From Thermoanaerobaculia bacterium (lineage in GTDB: Bacteria > Acidobacteriota > Thermoanaerobaculia > Gp7-AA8): 64,000 nt of DNA. The stretch is from the NCBI GenBank assembly GCA_036389275.1, contig DASVQE010000052.1:99637-163636 (forward strand), written 5' to 3'. How positions within the stretch are numbered: position 1 is the stretch's first letter; every line of letters starts with the position of its first letter. Both the position numbers and the translations under genes were made by a program. The notes below the pieces were generated by a model. It did no database searches. It was given only the letters and a program-made list of their open reading frames with translations, and was not told the DNA's origin. Positions 41,180 through 52,270 of this stretch are shown piece by piece.

Positions 41180-42676
41180 ATGAACCGATCAGGACACCTC
41201 GTGTCGCGCCCGGCGATCGCGCTCCTCGTGGCCATCACGCTGATGGGCGGCGTGGCCCAGGCGCAGACGCAGATCAAGTCGGGCTGGAATCTCTTCAGCG
41301 CGCAACAGGACGTCGAGATCGGCGCGCAGTCAGCCGTCGAAGCGGAGCGCCAGCTCCCGATTCTGCGCGACTCGAACGTCGACGACTATGTGAATCGCAT
41401 CGGGCAGCGGCTGGCGGCGAACGCCGGCGGCCCGCAGTTTCAGTACCGCTTCCGCGTTGTGAACGCCTCGGACATCAACGCGTTCGCGCTGCCGGGCGGC
41501 TACATCTACGTCAACCGTGGCATCATCGAGAACGCCAGCAATGAAGGCGAAGTGGCCGGCGTGATCGCGCACGAGATCGCGCACGTGGCGCTGCGCCACG
41601 GCACGCATCAGGCCTCGAAGGCGTATGCGGCGCAGGCCGGCCTGCAGATCCTCGGCGGACTGCTCGGCGGCAAGGTCGGGCAGAACACCGCCCAGATCCT
41701 CAACACCGTCGGCGGCGTCGGCCTCAACGCGCTCTTCCTGAAGTTCGGACGCGACCTCGAGTCGCAGGCCGACATCCGCGGCGCGCAGATCCTCGCGGCC
41801 AGCGGCTACACGCCGGCCGACATGGTGAGCTTCTTCCACAAGCTCGAGAGCGTCGACAAGGCGCGCAAGACTTCGTGGATGTCGGATCACCCGGCGCCGC
41901 CGGACCGCATCGCGCGCATCGAGAAAGAGCGGCAGCTCCTGCGCGAGCCGGCCACGCCGACGCAGAACGTGCAGCAGCTCGCCAGCGTGAAGCAGAGCCT
42001 CAACCGCTACGGCCGCGCGCAGACGCTCGGCCAGATCGCGCAGAACGGCACGCGCCGGACCGGCGGCGACACGACCAACGGCGACTATCCGCCGATGACC
42101 AGCAGCAGCGGCGCGGGCCGCGTCGAAGCGCCGTCGCGCCAGTTCCGCACCTACACGAACGCCTCGCGCACGTTCCAGATCGGCTATCCGTCGAACTGGC
42201 GCGTCTACCAGAGCAACGGCTTCGGCGTGACCATCGCCCCGGAAGGCGGCCTGGCCAACGTAGGCGGCCGCACCGAAGTGCTGTACGGGATGATCATCAA
42301 TCACTACGACCCGTTCGGAAACACGCCCGGCTCGTCGCTGCGCGGCAGCGCCGGCTCGCGCACGTCGACCACGCTGCAGGATGCGACGCAGGACCTCATC
42401 GCGCAGATTCAGCAGAGCAGCCCGCATCTGCGCGTGATCCGCAATTCCGGCCAGCAGATCGCGGTCGACGGACGCACCGCGCTCGCGGCCAGCCTGCGCG
42501 GACGCAACCCGAACACGAACATCGACGAGCGCCTCACCATCGTGACGCGCGCGCTGCCCGACGGACATCTGATCTACGCGCTGTTCGTCACGCCGGAGCA
42601 GGATGCGAAGGCGTACGGGAGCGTGCTGCAGTCGATGGTGAGCTCGCTGAATGTCGACGACAGCCACCAGCATTGA
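41180..42676 (+). CDS. M48-family Zn metalloprotease (BepA/LoiP-like)
   Basis: Signal peptide. HEIAHVALRH. GGAGG Shine-Dalgarno 8 nt upstream. Confidence 0.8.
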   Translation: MNRSGHLVSRPAIALLVAITLMGGVAQAQTQIKSGWNLFSAQQDVEIGAQSAVEAERQLPILRDSNVDDYVNRIGQRLAANAGGPQFQYRFRVVNASDINAFALPGGYIYVNRGIIENASNEGEVAGVIAHEIAHVALRHGTHQASKAYAAQAGLQILGGLLGGKVGQNTAQILNTVGGVGLNALFLKFGRDLESQADIRGAQILAASGYTPADMVSFFHKLESVDKARKTSWMSDHPAPPDRIARIEKERQLLREPATPTQNVQQLASVKQSLNRYGRAQTLGQIAQNGTRRTGGDTTNGDYPPMTSSSGAGRVEAPSRQFRTYTNASRTFQIGYPSNWRVYQSNGFGVTIAPEGGLANVGGRTEVLYGMIINHYDPFGNTPGSSLRGSAGSRTSTTLQDATQDLIAQIQQSSPHLRVIRNSGQQIAVDGRTALAASLRGRNPNTNIDERLTIVTRALPDGHLIYALFVTPEQDAKAYGSVLQSMVSSLNVDDSHQH

Positions 42677-42708
42677 CGCCGCGGGTATCATCCGCGACTG
42701 GAGGAACT

Positions 42709-43140
42709 ATGTACGATGAAATGATCGTCGCGCCGATGCGCCAGGAGCTCACGCGGCTCGGGATCGAGGAGACGCGGACGGCTGCCGAAGTCGACGCGGT
42801 CCTCGGCCAGAAGAAAGGCACCGTGCTGGTCGTGGTCAACTCGGTCTGCGGCTGCGCGGCCGGCATGGCCCGTCCGGCCGTGGCCATGGCTCTCGAGCAC
42901 GACGTGAAACCCGATCGCATGATCACCGTCTTCGCCGGCAACGACCGCGAGGCGACGCAGCGGGCCCGCGAGTACTTTGTCGGCTTCCGCCCGTCGTCGC
43001 CGTCGATCGCGCTGTTCAAGGACGGCCAGGTGGTGAAGATGCTCGAGCGCTGGCAGATCGAAGGACGCCACGCGCACGACCTCGCCGCCGAGCTGACCGC
43101 CGCCTTCGACCAGCATTGCCGGACCGCCGTCACCGCGTAG
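42709..43140 (+). CDS. Bacilliredoxin-family (DUF1094, YphP/YqiW-like) thiol oxidoreductase
   Basis: VVNSVCGCAAG motif. Confidence 0.7.
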   Translation: MYDEMIVAPMRQELTRLGIEETRTAAEVDAVLGQKKGTVLVVVNSVCGCAAGMARPAVAMALEHDVKPDRMITVFAGNDREATQRAREYFVGFRPSSPSIALFKDGQVVKMLERWQIEGRHAHDLAAELTAAFDQHCRTAVTA

Positions 43141-43146
43141 CAAACC

Positions 43147-43186
43147 GAATGGGCAGGAGAACTGCTCTCCTGCCCATTCTTTCTTC
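43147..43186 (+). terminator. Rho-independent terminator
   Basis: Perfect 14-bp stem gaatgggcaggaga/tctcctgcccattc with a 5-nt loop and TTTCTTC. Confidence 0.6.
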
Positions 43187-43420
43187 ATGACCGACTTCGA
43201 AGACCGTATCCGCCGCATGGCCCGCGAGGCGATGGGAGAGCTCGGACGCGATGGCAGCGAGATCGCCGACGTGATCGAGCCGCCGGGCGCCGACTACTGT
43301 GTGATCTCGTTCAGCGACCCGTCGCACAAGCCGATCGAGATCTCCAAACCGCTCGGCGCCGGCGAGTCGCAGGAGCTCGACGAGATCCGCAGAGCGCTGC
43401 AGTACCGGTTCGGAACGTAG
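43187..43420 (+). CDS. Small hypothetical protein
   Basis: 77 aa, protein-like composition. Confidence 0.35.
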   Translation: MTDFEDRIRRMAREAMGELGRDGSEIADVIEPPGADYCVISFSDPSHKPIEISKPLGAGESQELDEIRRALQYRFGT

Positions 43421-43428
43421 AACGCGAG

Positions 43429-44931
43429 TCAGCGCGCTTTGCGCTTCGGCTTCGCCGCCGTCGTCGCCTCGACGGCCGCCGCGGCAGGCGCGTAGAACGA
43501 ACGCCCGCGCACGTTCTCATCCACCTTCACTCCATGCTGGAGCGGCGGGAACGCGCGCTGCTCGCAGTCGATGCGCTCGCAGAGGCGGCAGGTCGTGCCG
43601 ATCGGCACGGCCGCCTCGAGATGATCGAGCTCGTAGCCGTCGGCGTAGACGAGCTTGCGCGCGTCCTTCACCGGACAGCCGATGCCGACGGCCATGAGCG
43701 CGTCGCCGGACGCGTAGCCGTAGCTCTTGCGGATCGTGCGCGCGATGCAGAAGTACGCAGTTCCGTCAGGCATTTTGGATAGCTGGGTGCGGATCCGTCC
43801 GGGCGTCAAAAAAGCAGCATGCACGTCCCACCGCGGACAGGAGCCGGAGAAGCGGGCGAAGCGGATGCCGGTGCCGGAGAAGCGCTTGGAGATGTTGCCG
43901 GCGATGTCGACGCGCACGAAGTGGAACGGCACGCCGGCCATGCCCGGCTTGCGCAGCGAGGTGAGGCGATGGCAGACCTGCTCCCAACTCGCCGTGTAGT
44001 GATGCTGCAGCAGCTCGATGTCGTAGCGCACTTCCTCGGCCAGGCGATGGAAGTCGTCGTACGGCATCAGCAGCGCGCCGGCGAAGTAGTTCGCCAGCGC
44101 CACGCGGCAGAGCTTCACCGACTCGGGCGTAGTGAGGTTCTTCTGCGAGCGCTCGATGATCGCGTCGATCACCGGCGCGGCATCGATCAGCCCCAACTGA
44201 TGCGCGAGCTGGAACTGGCGGCTCCACGGCGGCAGCACCTCGGAGAGCGAGATCACGCGCGCGGCCGGATCGTAGCGGCGGATGAAGCCGCGGTCGCGCA
44301 CGATCGGCATGAGCGCTACCTCGATGCCGTGCCGCGTGCGGAGATACGCGACCAGCGAGCGGTACATGTCGCCGCGGTCGAGCTTCGCCCGTTCGGCGAG
44401 CTGCACCGCCGCGGTCTCGAGCTCGGGAAAGAAGTTGACGTTCTCCTGGATCACGTCGGACGCTTCCTCGCTCGGCAGGTGGGCGGGATCGACGCCGTGG
44501 AACGCGCGACCCGTCGCGCCGGCCTCGCCGGCGTCGAGGCGGTCGTAGAGCTGCGAGGCGAGATCGCGCATCGACGAGACGGAGCTCTTGTACGCGTGGA
44601 AGAGCGAGAGGATCGCGCGCGCGGCGGCGGGACTCTCGGCCAGCTCGCGCACGTCGCCCGTGGTGACGGCGTGCTCCTCGAGCAGCGGATCGGCGAAGAC
44701 TTCCTGCAGATCGTCGGCGAGCCGCGCCTGGCTGTCGTCCGCGAAGGCCTGCAACTCGACGTGGAAGATCTGGGCGAGCTTCACCAGCAGATGCGACGGC
44801 AGCGGCCGGGCGTTGCTTTCAATCAGATTGAGATAGCTCGGCGAGATGCCGAGTTGCTGCGCGAGCTGCGTCTGCGTGAGCTGCTCCCGCCGCCGCATCG
44901 CCCGCACTTTTCCGCCGAGCCGGTTCGCCAT
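43429..44931 (-). CDS. ramB: XRE-HTH / DUF2083 regulator of the RamB/ScfR family (glyoxylate-shunt regulator)
   Basis: N-terminal [25 protein letters not shown]. Long C-terminal domain. Divergent from aceB-aceA. Confidence 0.75.
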   Translation of the reverse strand: MANRLGGKVRAMRRREQLTQTQLAQQLGISPSYLNLIESNARPLPSHLLVKLAQIFHVELQAFADDSQARLADDLQEVFADPLLEEHAVTTGDVRELAESPAAARAILSLFHAYKSSVSSMRDLASQLYDRLDAGEAGATGRAFHGVDPAHLPSEEASDVIQENVNFFPELETAAVQLAERAKLDRGDMYRSLVAYLRTRHGIEVALMPIVRDRGFIRRYDPAARVISLSEVLPPWSRQFQLAHQLGLIDAAPVIDAIIERSQKNLTTPESVKLCRVALANYFAGALLMPYDDFHRLAEEVRYDIELLQHHYTASWEQVCHRLTSLRKPGMAGVPFHFVRVDIAGNISKRFSGTGIRFARFSGSCPRWDVHAAFLTPGRIRTQLSKMPDGTAYFCIARTIRKSYGYASGDALMAVGIGCPVKDARKLVYADGYELDHLEAAVPIGTTCRLCERIDCEQRAFPPLQHGVKVDENVRGRSFYAPAAAAVEATTAAKPKRKAR

Positions 44932-45122
44932 CCGCTGCTCCTTCAGATTCGAGCTGGCACGTTTCTGGACATGAGCTCCTGTGGGGATTCTCCGTCCTCG
45001 CGCCTTTCTTTACAAGCGTTGACTGCTTTACAAGTCATTCTTTACTGCTTGTGACTGCGCAACATACGCTTGAGTCTGGATTTATTGACTCTGGCGCGCC
45101 GCGTGCTCAGCATTGTGACAGC

Positions 45123-46709
45123 ATGACGTACGCAATCGATACCGACATCGACGTGCGCGGACTGGTGCGTCCGGAGTGGGAGGAGATCCTCTCCGACGAC
45201 GCCCTCGCGTTCGTGGCGCTGCTGCAGAAGGAGTTCAACCCGCGGCGCGAGGAACTGCTCGCGAAACGGGAAGAGCGGAAGCAGCGGCTCGATGCCGGCG
45301 AGCTGCCCGATTTCCTGCCGGAGACGCGCGAGATCCGCGAGAGCGACTGGACGGTCGCGCCGATCCCGGACGACCTGCAGGACCGCCGCGTGGAGATCAC
45401 CGGTCCGGTCGACCGGAAGATGATCATCAACGCCCTCAACTCCGGCGCGAACGTCTTCATGGCCGACTTCGAAGACGCGAACGCGCCGACGTGGGCGAAC
45501 TGCATCGAAGGGCAGCTCAACCTGCGCGACGCGGTGCGGCGCACGATCTCGTTTGCGTCCGGCGCAAAACAGTACCGCCTCAATGACCGCATCGCCACGC
45601 TGCTGGTGCGGCCGCGCGGCTGGCACCTGGTCGAAGAGCACGTCTACGTCGACGGCAAGCCGGTCAGCGCGAGCCTCTTCGATTTCGCGCTCTATTTTTT
45701 TCATAACGCGAAGGAGCTGGTGTCGCGCGGCAGCGGTCCGTATTTCTATCTGCCGAAGATGGAGTCGCACCTGGAGGCGCGGCTCTGGAACGACGTCTTC
45801 GTGCGCGCGCAGCAGGAGCTCGGGCTGCCGAACGGCACCATCCGGGCCACGGTGCTGATCGAGACGATCCTCGCCTCGTTCGAGATGCACGAGATCCTCT
45901 ACGAGCTGCGCGACCACTCGGCCGGCCTCAATTGCGGGCGGTGGGATTACATCTTCTCGTTCATCAAGAAATTCAGGGCGCGCCACGACTTTCTCACGCC
46001 CGACCGCGCCTCGATCACGATGGACAAGGCCTTCCTCGCCGCGTACGTCGACCTGCTGATCCAGACCTGTCACCGCCGCGGCATTCACGCCATGGGCGGC
46101 ATGGCCGCGCAGATCCCGATCAAGAACGACGAGGCGGCGAACGCCGCGGCCTTTGCGAAGGTCGAAGCCGACAAGCTGCGCGAGGTGCGCGCCGGCCACG
46201 ATGGCACCTGGGTCGCGCATCCGGGACTGGTGCCGGTGGCGAAACGCGTGTTCGACGAGCACATGCCGTCGCCGAATCAGATCGGCAAGACGCGCGACGA
46301 CGTGCGCGTCACGGCCGAGGCGCTGCTGCGGTTGCCGGAAGGCGAGATCACGGAGAAAGGGCTGCGCCACAACTACAACGTCGGCGTGCTCTATCTGGAG
46401 GCGTGGCTCGGCGGCTCGGGCGCGGTGCCGCTCTACAACCTGATGGAAGACGCGGCCACGGCCGAGATCTCGCGCACGCAGCTCTGGCAGTGGATCCATC
46501 ACGGCGCGAAGCTCGGCGACGGCCGCACGGTCGACGCGGAGCTCTACGCGCGCATCCGCGACGAGGAGCTCTCCACGATCCGCGCGAATGGCGAGCATCC
46601 GCATCTCGACGTCGCCGCGCGCATCTTCGACGAACTGATCCTGGCCGATGAGCTGGCTGATTTTCTGACGCTGCCCGCGTATCGCGAGCTGCTGCAACTG
46701 GAACGCTGA
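45123..46709 (+). CDS. aceB: Malate synthase A
   Basis: Full-length match to MSA-family sequence (…[13 protein letters not shown]…[12 protein letters not shown]…). Confidence 0.9.
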   Translation: MTYAIDTDIDVRGLVRPEWEEILSDDALAFVALLQKEFNPRREELLAKREERKQRLDAGELPDFLPETREIRESDWTVAPIPDDLQDRRVEITGPVDRKMIINALNSGANVFMADFEDANAPTWANCIEGQLNLRDAVRRTISFASGAKQYRLNDRIATLLVRPRGWHLVEEHVYVDGKPVSASLFDFALYFFHNAKELVSRGSGPYFYLPKMESHLEARLWNDVFVRAQQELGLPNGTIRATVLIETILASFEMHEILYELRDHSAGLNCGRWDYIFSFIKKFRARHDFLTPDRASITMDKAFLAAYVDLLIQTCHRRGIHAMGGMAAQIPIKNDEAANAAAFAKVEADKLREVRAGHDGTWVAHPGLVPVAKRVFDEHMPSPNQIGKTRDDVRVTAEALLRLPEGEITEKGLRHNYNVGVLYLEAWLGGSGAVPLYNLMEDAATAEISRTQLWQWIHHGAKLGDGRTVDAELYARIRDEELSTIRANGEHPHLDVAARIFDELILADELADFLTLPAYRELLQLER

Positions 46710-46727
46710 AGAACGGAGTTGAACTGC

Positions 46728-48011
46728 ATGCCGAAGTTGAAAGAAGCACGGACCCCGAAACTGATCGAGCGCGACTGGGAGAGCAATCCGCGGTGGGACG
46801 GCGTCACGCGCGACTACACGGCGGAAGACGTGCTGCGGCTGCGCGGCTCGGTCGACATCGAGTACACGCTGGCGAAGATGGGCGCCGATCGTCTGTGGCA
46901 GCTCCTCAAGACCGAGCCGTACGTGAACGCCCTCGGCGCGCTGACCGGCAACCAGGCCATCCAGCAGGTGCGTGCCGGACTGAAGGCAATCTATCTTTCC
47001 GGATGGCAGGTGGCGGCCGACGCGAATCTGGCCGGCCACATGTACCCCGACCAGAGTCTCTATCCCTCGAACTCGGTGCCGCAGGTGGTCAAGCGGATCA
47101 ATCAGGCGCTGCAGCGCGCCGATCAGATCGATCACTGCGAAGGGCGCAGCGGCACGCATTGGTTCGCGCCGATCATCGCCGATGCCGAGGCGGGTTTCGG
47201 CGGCGCGCTGAACGCCTTCGAGCTGATGAAGATGATGATCGAGGCAGGCGCCGCGGCGGTGCATTTCGAGGATCAGCTTGCGTCCGAGAAAAAGTGCGGT
47301 CACCTCGGCGGCAAAGTCCTCGTGCCGGTCTCGCAGTTCATCCGCACGCTCGTCTCCGCGCGCCTCGCCGCCGACGTGATGGGTGTGCCGACGCTGGTCG
47401 TCGCGCGCACCGACGCGCACAGCGCCACGCTGCTCACCAGCGACGTCGACGAGCGCGATCATCCGTTCATCACCGGCGAGCGGACGCCGGAAGGTTTCTT
47501 CCGCATCAAGAACGGTCTGGAGATGGCCATCGCCCGCGCCGTCGCCTACGCGCCGCATGCGGACGTGCTCTGGTGCGAGACCTCGACGCCCGACATCGAA
47601 GAGGCGCGGCAGTTCGCCGAAGGCGTGCACGCGCAGTATCCCGGCAAGCTGCTGGCGTACAACTGCTCGCCGTCGTTCAACTGGGCGAAGAAGCTGTCGG
47701 CCGAGGAGATCGCGAGCTTCCAGCGCGAGCTCGGAGCGATGGGCTACAAATTCCAGTTCGTCACGCTGGCGGGTTTCCACGCGCTGAACTTCTCGATGTT
47801 CGAGCTCGCGCGCGAGTACGCCGCCGAAGGGATGACCGCCTACTCGCGCCTGCAGCAGTCGGAGTTCGCCGCCGAAGCGCACGGCTACACCGCCACGCGC
47901 CACCAGCGCGAAGTGGGCACCGGCTATTTCGACGAGGTAGCCAAAGTCGTGAGCGCCGGCGAGTCGTCGACGACGGCACTCGAAGGGTCTACGGAAGCGG
48001 CGCAGTTCTGA
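46728..48011 (+). CDS. aceA: Isocitrate lyase
   Basis: KKCGHLGGK active-site motif. GGAG Shine-Dalgarno 9 nt upstream. Confidence 0.9.
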   Translation: MPKLKEARTPKLIERDWESNPRWDGVTRDYTAEDVLRLRGSVDIEYTLAKMGADRLWQLLKTEPYVNALGALTGNQAIQQVRAGLKAIYLSGWQVAADANLAGHMYPDQSLYPSNSVPQVVKRINQALQRADQIDHCEGRSGTHWFAPIIADAEAGFGGALNAFELMKMMIEAGAAAVHFEDQLASEKKCGHLGGKVLVPVSQFIRTLVSARLAADVMGVPTLVVARTDAHSATLLTSDVDERDHPFITGERTPEGFFRIKNGLEMAIARAVAYAPHADVLWCETSTPDIEEARQFAEGVHAQYPGKLLAYNCSPSFNWAKKLSAEEIASFQRELGAMGYKFQFVTLAGFHALNFSMFELAREYAAEGMTAYSRLQQSEFAAEAHGYTATRHQREVGTGYFDEVAKVVSAGESSTTALEGSTEAAQF

Positions 48012-48038
48012 GAAACGAGCTCGTAACGAGGAGACATC

Positions 48039-48155
48039 ATGGAAGACATCCGCACCTATCGCATCGAAGACGAGAACGTTTCTGACGAAGAGCGCGAGTA
48101 CAGCGCGGCGGCGGTAGACGACGAAGTGCCGTTTCACGTGCCGCGCGATTAGCGC
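48039..48155 (+). CDS. Small acidic ORF (38 aa)
   Basis: GAGGAGA Shine-Dalgarno plus ATG directly downstream of aceA. Confidence 0.25.
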
Positions 48156-48214
48156 GCGGCCGTGACATGGATGCGACAGCGCCGCGCCGCGGCGGCCCGT
48201 ACAATGCTGCGGCC

Positions 48215-49000
48215 ATGAAACGGGTCCGCCTCTTCGTCCTTGCGTTCGCCGCCGTCTCACTCGTTGCCGCCGAAAAGCCGCAGCCGCCGGCCGATCTCAC
48301 CGCGCCGCCGGCCGATGCCGTGCGCGGCGACGACGGGCTGCTGACGAAGACGCTCGTCGCCGGCACGGGGACGGAGAAGGTGGCGGCGGACGATCTGGTG
48401 CGGCTGCGCTACACGGTCTGGAAGTCCGACGGCACGCTGGTGCAGGACGTGGCCGCGCCGCAGTCGCTGGTGATCGCGGTGACGAAGATGATCCCCGGCT
48501 GGGGCGCCTCAGTCGTCGGGATGACCGCGGGCGAGCGGCGCCGCGCCTGGGTTCCAGCAGCGCTGACGGCCGGCAAGATGGACACGGGCGGGATGGTGAT
48601 CGACTCGGAAGTGGTCGAGATCATCCATCGCCCGAAGGTTCCGGCCGACGTCGCCGCGCCGCCCGCCGACGCCACGACCACTGCCTCCGGTCTCGCGTAC
48701 AAGGTGCTGCGCCCCGGCACCGGCAGCGTGCATCCGACGCGCCGCGATACGGTGACGGTGCATTACACCGGCTGGACGACGGACGGCCGGATGTTCGACA
48801 GCTCGGTCCTCCGCGGCCAGCCGGCGGAGTTCCCGCTCGACGCAGTGATTAAAGGCTGGACGGAAGGGCTGCAGCTCATGACCACGGGCGAGCAGGTGCG
48901 CTTCTGGATCCCATCAAAGCTCGCCTACGCGAACGACAAAACAAAGCCCCAAGGGATGCTGGTCTTCGACGTCGAGCTGCTCGCGATCAAGAATCGCTGA
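48215..49000 (+). CDS. FKBP-type peptidyl-prolyl isomerase (two FKBP domains), secreted
   Basis: Signal peptide. Repeated V…HYTGW…G..FDSS motifs. Confidence 0.8.
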   Translation: MKRVRLFVLAFAAVSLVAAEKPQPPADLTAPPADAVRGDDGLLTKTLVAGTGTEKVAADDLVRLRYTVWKSDGTLVQDVAAPQSLVIAVTKMIPGWGASVVGMTAGERRRAWVPAALTAGKMDTGGMVIDSEVVEIIHRPKVPADVAAPPADATTTASGLAYKVLRPGTGSVHPTRRDTVTVHYTGWTTDGRMFDSSVLRGQPAEFPLDAVIKGWTEGLQLMTTGEQVRFWIPSKLAYANDKTKPQGMLVFDVELLAIKNR

Positions 49001-49016
49001 ACGTTGCGTGGCGGAT

Positions 49017-49192
49017 CGGGGGACGACGGGAGGCCTCCGGCGGCTGGGGCCGAGGGCCCCAGACCCCATTGGTTGGCCTAGCCTCCGCGACACCGTGTCG
49101 TGAGCTTGGACGGCAGTGTCGCGGAGGCTAGGCCAACAGACGGGGTCTGGGGCCCGTGGCCCCAGCCGCCGGAGGCCCCTCGTCGTCCCCCG
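49017..49192. repeat. About 175-bp palindromic REP/MITE-like element, copy 1
   Basis: Near-perfect inverted arms of about 80 bp around a cgtgagcttgga loop. A second copy is at 60519..60699. Confidence 0.8.
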
Positions 49193-49208
49193 ATTCCGTC
49201 ACGCAACA

Positions 49209-50996
49209 TCAGCGCATCGTGCGCGCGGTCTCGAGCAGCGTGAGGAACTCGGTGCGCGTGCCGTCGGCGTCGACGCCGCGCGCGGTGCGTGCGAGTTGCA
49301 GCGCGTCGTCCCAGGTGACGTGGCCGTCGTGGCGTGTGTGGCGGAGGAGCATGCCGAACTCCGCGACGGCGGCCGCGAACTGCAGGTCGGGTGAGGCCTC
49401 GTACATGCTCTTGCCATCGTCGCTCGCGACCGCTTCGAGCAGGCGGCTGGTGTCGCCGTCGGGCTGCTTGTAGCGCAGCTTGATCGTGGCGATTGCGCCG
49501 CCGCGTGCGCCGCGCGCGGGCACCAACTCGTAGAGCGCCGTCACCGAGTGGCCGGCGCCGAGCTCGCCCGCATCCTTTGCGTCGTCGTCGAAGTCTTCGT
49601 TTTTCAGCGCGCGATTCTCGTAGCCGATCTGGCGATACGACGCGACCTGCGCCGGATCGAACTCGAGCTGCACCTTCACGTCCTTCGCGATCGTCACCAG
49701 CGTGCCGGTGAGCTCGCGGCGGAAGACCTTCTCTCCTTCGTCATCCGAGTCGAGATAGTTGTAGTTCCCGTTCCCTTTGTCGGCGAGCAGTTCCATGCGC
49801 GCGTCCTGGAAGTTGTCATCGCCGACGCCGACGGTCGAGAGGAAGATGCCGCCGGCGCGTTTCTGCTCGATCAGTTTCTCGAGCGCGTCGGGATCGCTGA
49901 TGCCGACGTTGAAGTCGCCGTCGGTGGCGAGGATGACGCGGTTGTTCGCGCGCGGATCGAACTGCTGCTCCGCGATCGCGTACGCCAGCTCGATGCCCGC
50001 GGCACCGGCCGTCGCGCCTCCGGCGGAGAGTGCGTTGATGGCGGAGAGAATCGTGGATTTGTCGGCGCCCGACGTCGCCGGCAGCACCAGCCCGGCCGCG
50101 CCGGCGTAGACCACGATGGCCACGCGGTCTTCGGCGCGCAACTGCTCGACCAGCGTGCGCAGCGAGCGCTGGATCAGCGGCAGCCGGTTCGGCACGCCCA
50201 TCGAGCCGGAGACGTCGATGAGGAACACGAGGTGGTTCGGCGCCATCTTCCACTCGTCGAGATTGCGGCCCTGGATGCCGATGCGCAGCAGTCGGTGCTC
50301 GGGATTCCAGGGGCAGCCCGCCACCTCGGTGGTCACGGAGAACGGCGCATCAGCGGACGGCTGCGGATAGTCATAAGTAAAGTAGTTGACCATCTCCTCG
50401 ATACGCACCGCGTCGCGCGGCGGCAGCGCGCCGCCGCGGAGGAAGCGGCGGACGTTCGCGTACGAGGCGCGGTCGACGTCGATGGCGAAGGTGGTCACGC
50501 GCTCCTTCGCCGCCGTCTTCCAGTCGTGATCCTCGAAGGCGGCGTACTGCGCGACCTCGTCCGGCTCCGGCTCCGGCACGGACGCCGCGCTGGTCTTCCA
50601 CCAGGCCAGCGGCGCCTCCGCCGTCACGGTGATCGTTTGCGAGACCGCCGCCCGGATGGCCACTTCCATCCGCGCGCCGCTGGCGGTGGGCAGGACGGCC
50701 TCGCGTTTCGCCGTGCCGAAGCCGGCCAGCGCCGCCTCGACGTGGTACGTCGCGCCCGGCGCCAGCCGCTCGAAGAGGAACTTGCCGTCGCCGTCGGTGA
50801 CTACCGTCCGCGGCGGCGCACCGTCGATCGTCACCATCACGCCGGGAAGCGGCGAGCCTTCGTCCGAGACGACGACTCCGGCCAGCGTTCCCGGCGCGAG
50901 CTCCGGCGCGACCGCGAGCGCGGCCCGCGGCGCGAAAGGATGCGAGTGTTGACAGGCGGCGAGGAGCAGAGCGGCGGCGACGAGCAGGCGTTTCAT
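49209..50996 (-). CDS. vWA-domain lipoprotein (YfbK/DUF3520-like) with an N-terminal CarboxypepD_reg-like domain
   Basis: LLAAC lipobox. MIDAS DVSGSM. Confidence 0.8.
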   Translation of the reverse strand: MKRLLVAAALLLAACQHSHPFAPRAALAVAPELAPGTLAGVVVSDEGSPLPGVMVTIDGAPPRTVVTDGDGKFLFERLAPGATYHVEAALAGFGTAKREAVLPTASGARMEVAIRAAVSQTITVTAEAPLAWWKTSAASVPEPEPDEVAQYAAFEDHDWKTAAKERVTTFAIDVDRASYANVRRFLRGGALPPRDAVRIEEMVNYFTYDYPQPSADAPFSVTTEVAGCPWNPEHRLLRIGIQGRNLDEWKMAPNHLVFLIDVSGSMGVPNRLPLIQRSLRTLVEQLRAEDRVAIVVYAGAAGLVLPATSGADKSTILSAINALSAGGATAGAAGIELAYAIAEQQFDPRANNRVILATDGDFNVGISDPDALEKLIEQKRAGGIFLSTVGVGDDNFQDARMELLADKGNGNYNYLDSDDEGEKVFRRELTGTLVTIAKDVKVQLEFDPAQVASYRQIGYENRALKNEDFDDDAKDAGELGAGHSVTALYELVPARGARGGAIATIKLRYKQPDGDTSRLLEAVASDDGKSMYEASPDLQFAAAVAEFGMLLRHTRHDGHVTWDDALQLARTARGVDADGTRTEFLTLLETARTMR

Positions 50997-51153
50997 CGGG
51001 AACCTCCTTGCCGCCGCTCACCCTGCAGCGCCGCTGCCGCGCATGCCGCGCGCGTAACTCACGCGCGCAGAATCAACTAAGGAAGTTCACGCGAACGCGA
51101 CATCGACAAATGTGGAGGAAACGCTCCACGAGAATGGACGCCGCGCCGGAGAA

Positions 51154-51702
51154 TCAGACCGTCTGCGCGACTCCGGCGACGGCGGCCGGGTTCCGCTTGC
51201 GCAGCACCGCGGCCGACACGAGCGTCACCACCAGCCCCACCGGGAACGGCTCGATGAAGGTCATGGCCACGTTCAGCACCGGGTTCTCGAGGATGTCCTT
51301 CATCTGCTGCATGTCCTTCGCCTTCGCCGCCATCTGCTCGGCGGAGGCGCCTTCTTTGCGCAGCTTGTTCATCTCCGCCGCGCTGTAACGGTCGGCGAAG
51401 TCCGGCATCATCTTGTAGTAAATCACCTGCCACGACGCCACGTAGAAGACGCAGGAGATCAGCGTGATCAGCAGGCCGACCGCCACGCCGCGTCCGAACG
51501 AGATCGTGCCGCCCGAGTTCTCGCGATACGAGCGGATGCCGAAGAAAACGAGGAGGAAGGAGAGGAAGATCGAGGTGTAGCCGACGATGTAGCCGGTGCC
51601 GTTCTCGACCATCTGGTCGTGCATGAACGGCAGGGTGAGGAACATCAGGGCCGAGGAGATGAGGCCGGAGATCACGCCGAAAATCAGGACGATTCGTTTC
51701 AT
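51154..51702 (-). CDS. DUF4199-like membrane protein
   Basis: 4 TM helices. Start at the internal M. Confidence 0.55.
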   Translation of the reverse strand: MKRIVLIFGVISGLISSALMFLTLPFMHDQMVENGTGYIVGYTSIFLSFLLVFFGIRSYRENSGGTISFGRGVAVGLLITLISCVFYVASWQVIYYKMMPDFADRYSAAEMNKLRKEGASAEQMAAKAKDMQQMKDILENPVLNVAMTFIEPFPVGLVVTLVSAAVLRKRNPAAVAGVAQTV

Positions 51703-51795
51703 GGTTTTACTTTCCCTTTCGCCGCGCAAGGTAGCGGCGGAGCGCCGACGGAGTCGCCTTACTTTCGGGTGATTTCGGGTCAACGAAAGTATGAA

Positions 51796-52239
51796 TCAGG
51801 GGATGAGGCCCAGCTCTTTTCCCTTCTGCACCGCCTGCACGCGGCGGTTGACCTGCATTTTTCCGAACAGTCGCGACGAGTGGGTCTTGACCGTGTTCTC
51901 CGACACGAACAGCCGCTCGCCGATCTCGCGGTTGCTGAGCCCTTCGGCCATCAGCGCCAGGATCTCGTGCTCGCGTGCGGTCAGGCCGACCTCCTCCAGC
52001 CGTGCGCGATCGAGCACGAACGGACCGTCGATGCGGACCGGCACCTCGCGCACCACCACCAGCTCCTTCGGGCGCGTCCACTTGAGGCCGAGGTAGATGC
52101 CGATCGCGGTGAAGATCACGGCCAGCAGGCCGCCGTAGATCTCGGACGGGTACTCGCGGATGAAGTGCTTGTACTCGATCACTTTCAGGAGCGCGATCAG
52201 CACGCCGCCGACCGCGGCGTAGAGGACGACCACTTTCAT
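51796..52239 (-). CDS. Membrane-anchored LuxR/GerE-type HTH regulator
   Basis: LTAREHEILALMAEGLSNREIGERLFVSENTVKTH. Confidence 0.75.
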   Translation of the reverse strand: MKVVVLYAAVGGVLIALLKVIEYKHFIREYPSEIYGGLLAVIFTAIGIYLGLKWTRPKELVVVREVPVRIDGPFVLDRARLEEVGLTAREHEILALMAEGLSNREIGERLFVSENTVKTHSSRLFGKMQVNRRVQAVQKGKELGLIP

Positions 52240-52270
52240 GGAGAGCGAAGTGTAGCAACCGCCGCGGCGG

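Noticed and set aside
45042-48260. 1072-aa minus-strand ORF
   Set aside because: Antisense to aceB and aceA. Low-complexity R/A/G-rich translation typical of high-GC antisense frames.
49116-49394. ORFs inside the palindromic elements (also 60607..61068 and the N-terminus of 58885..60600)
   Set aside because: They translate the REP/MITE-like palindrome. Real neighbouring genes start or end outside it.
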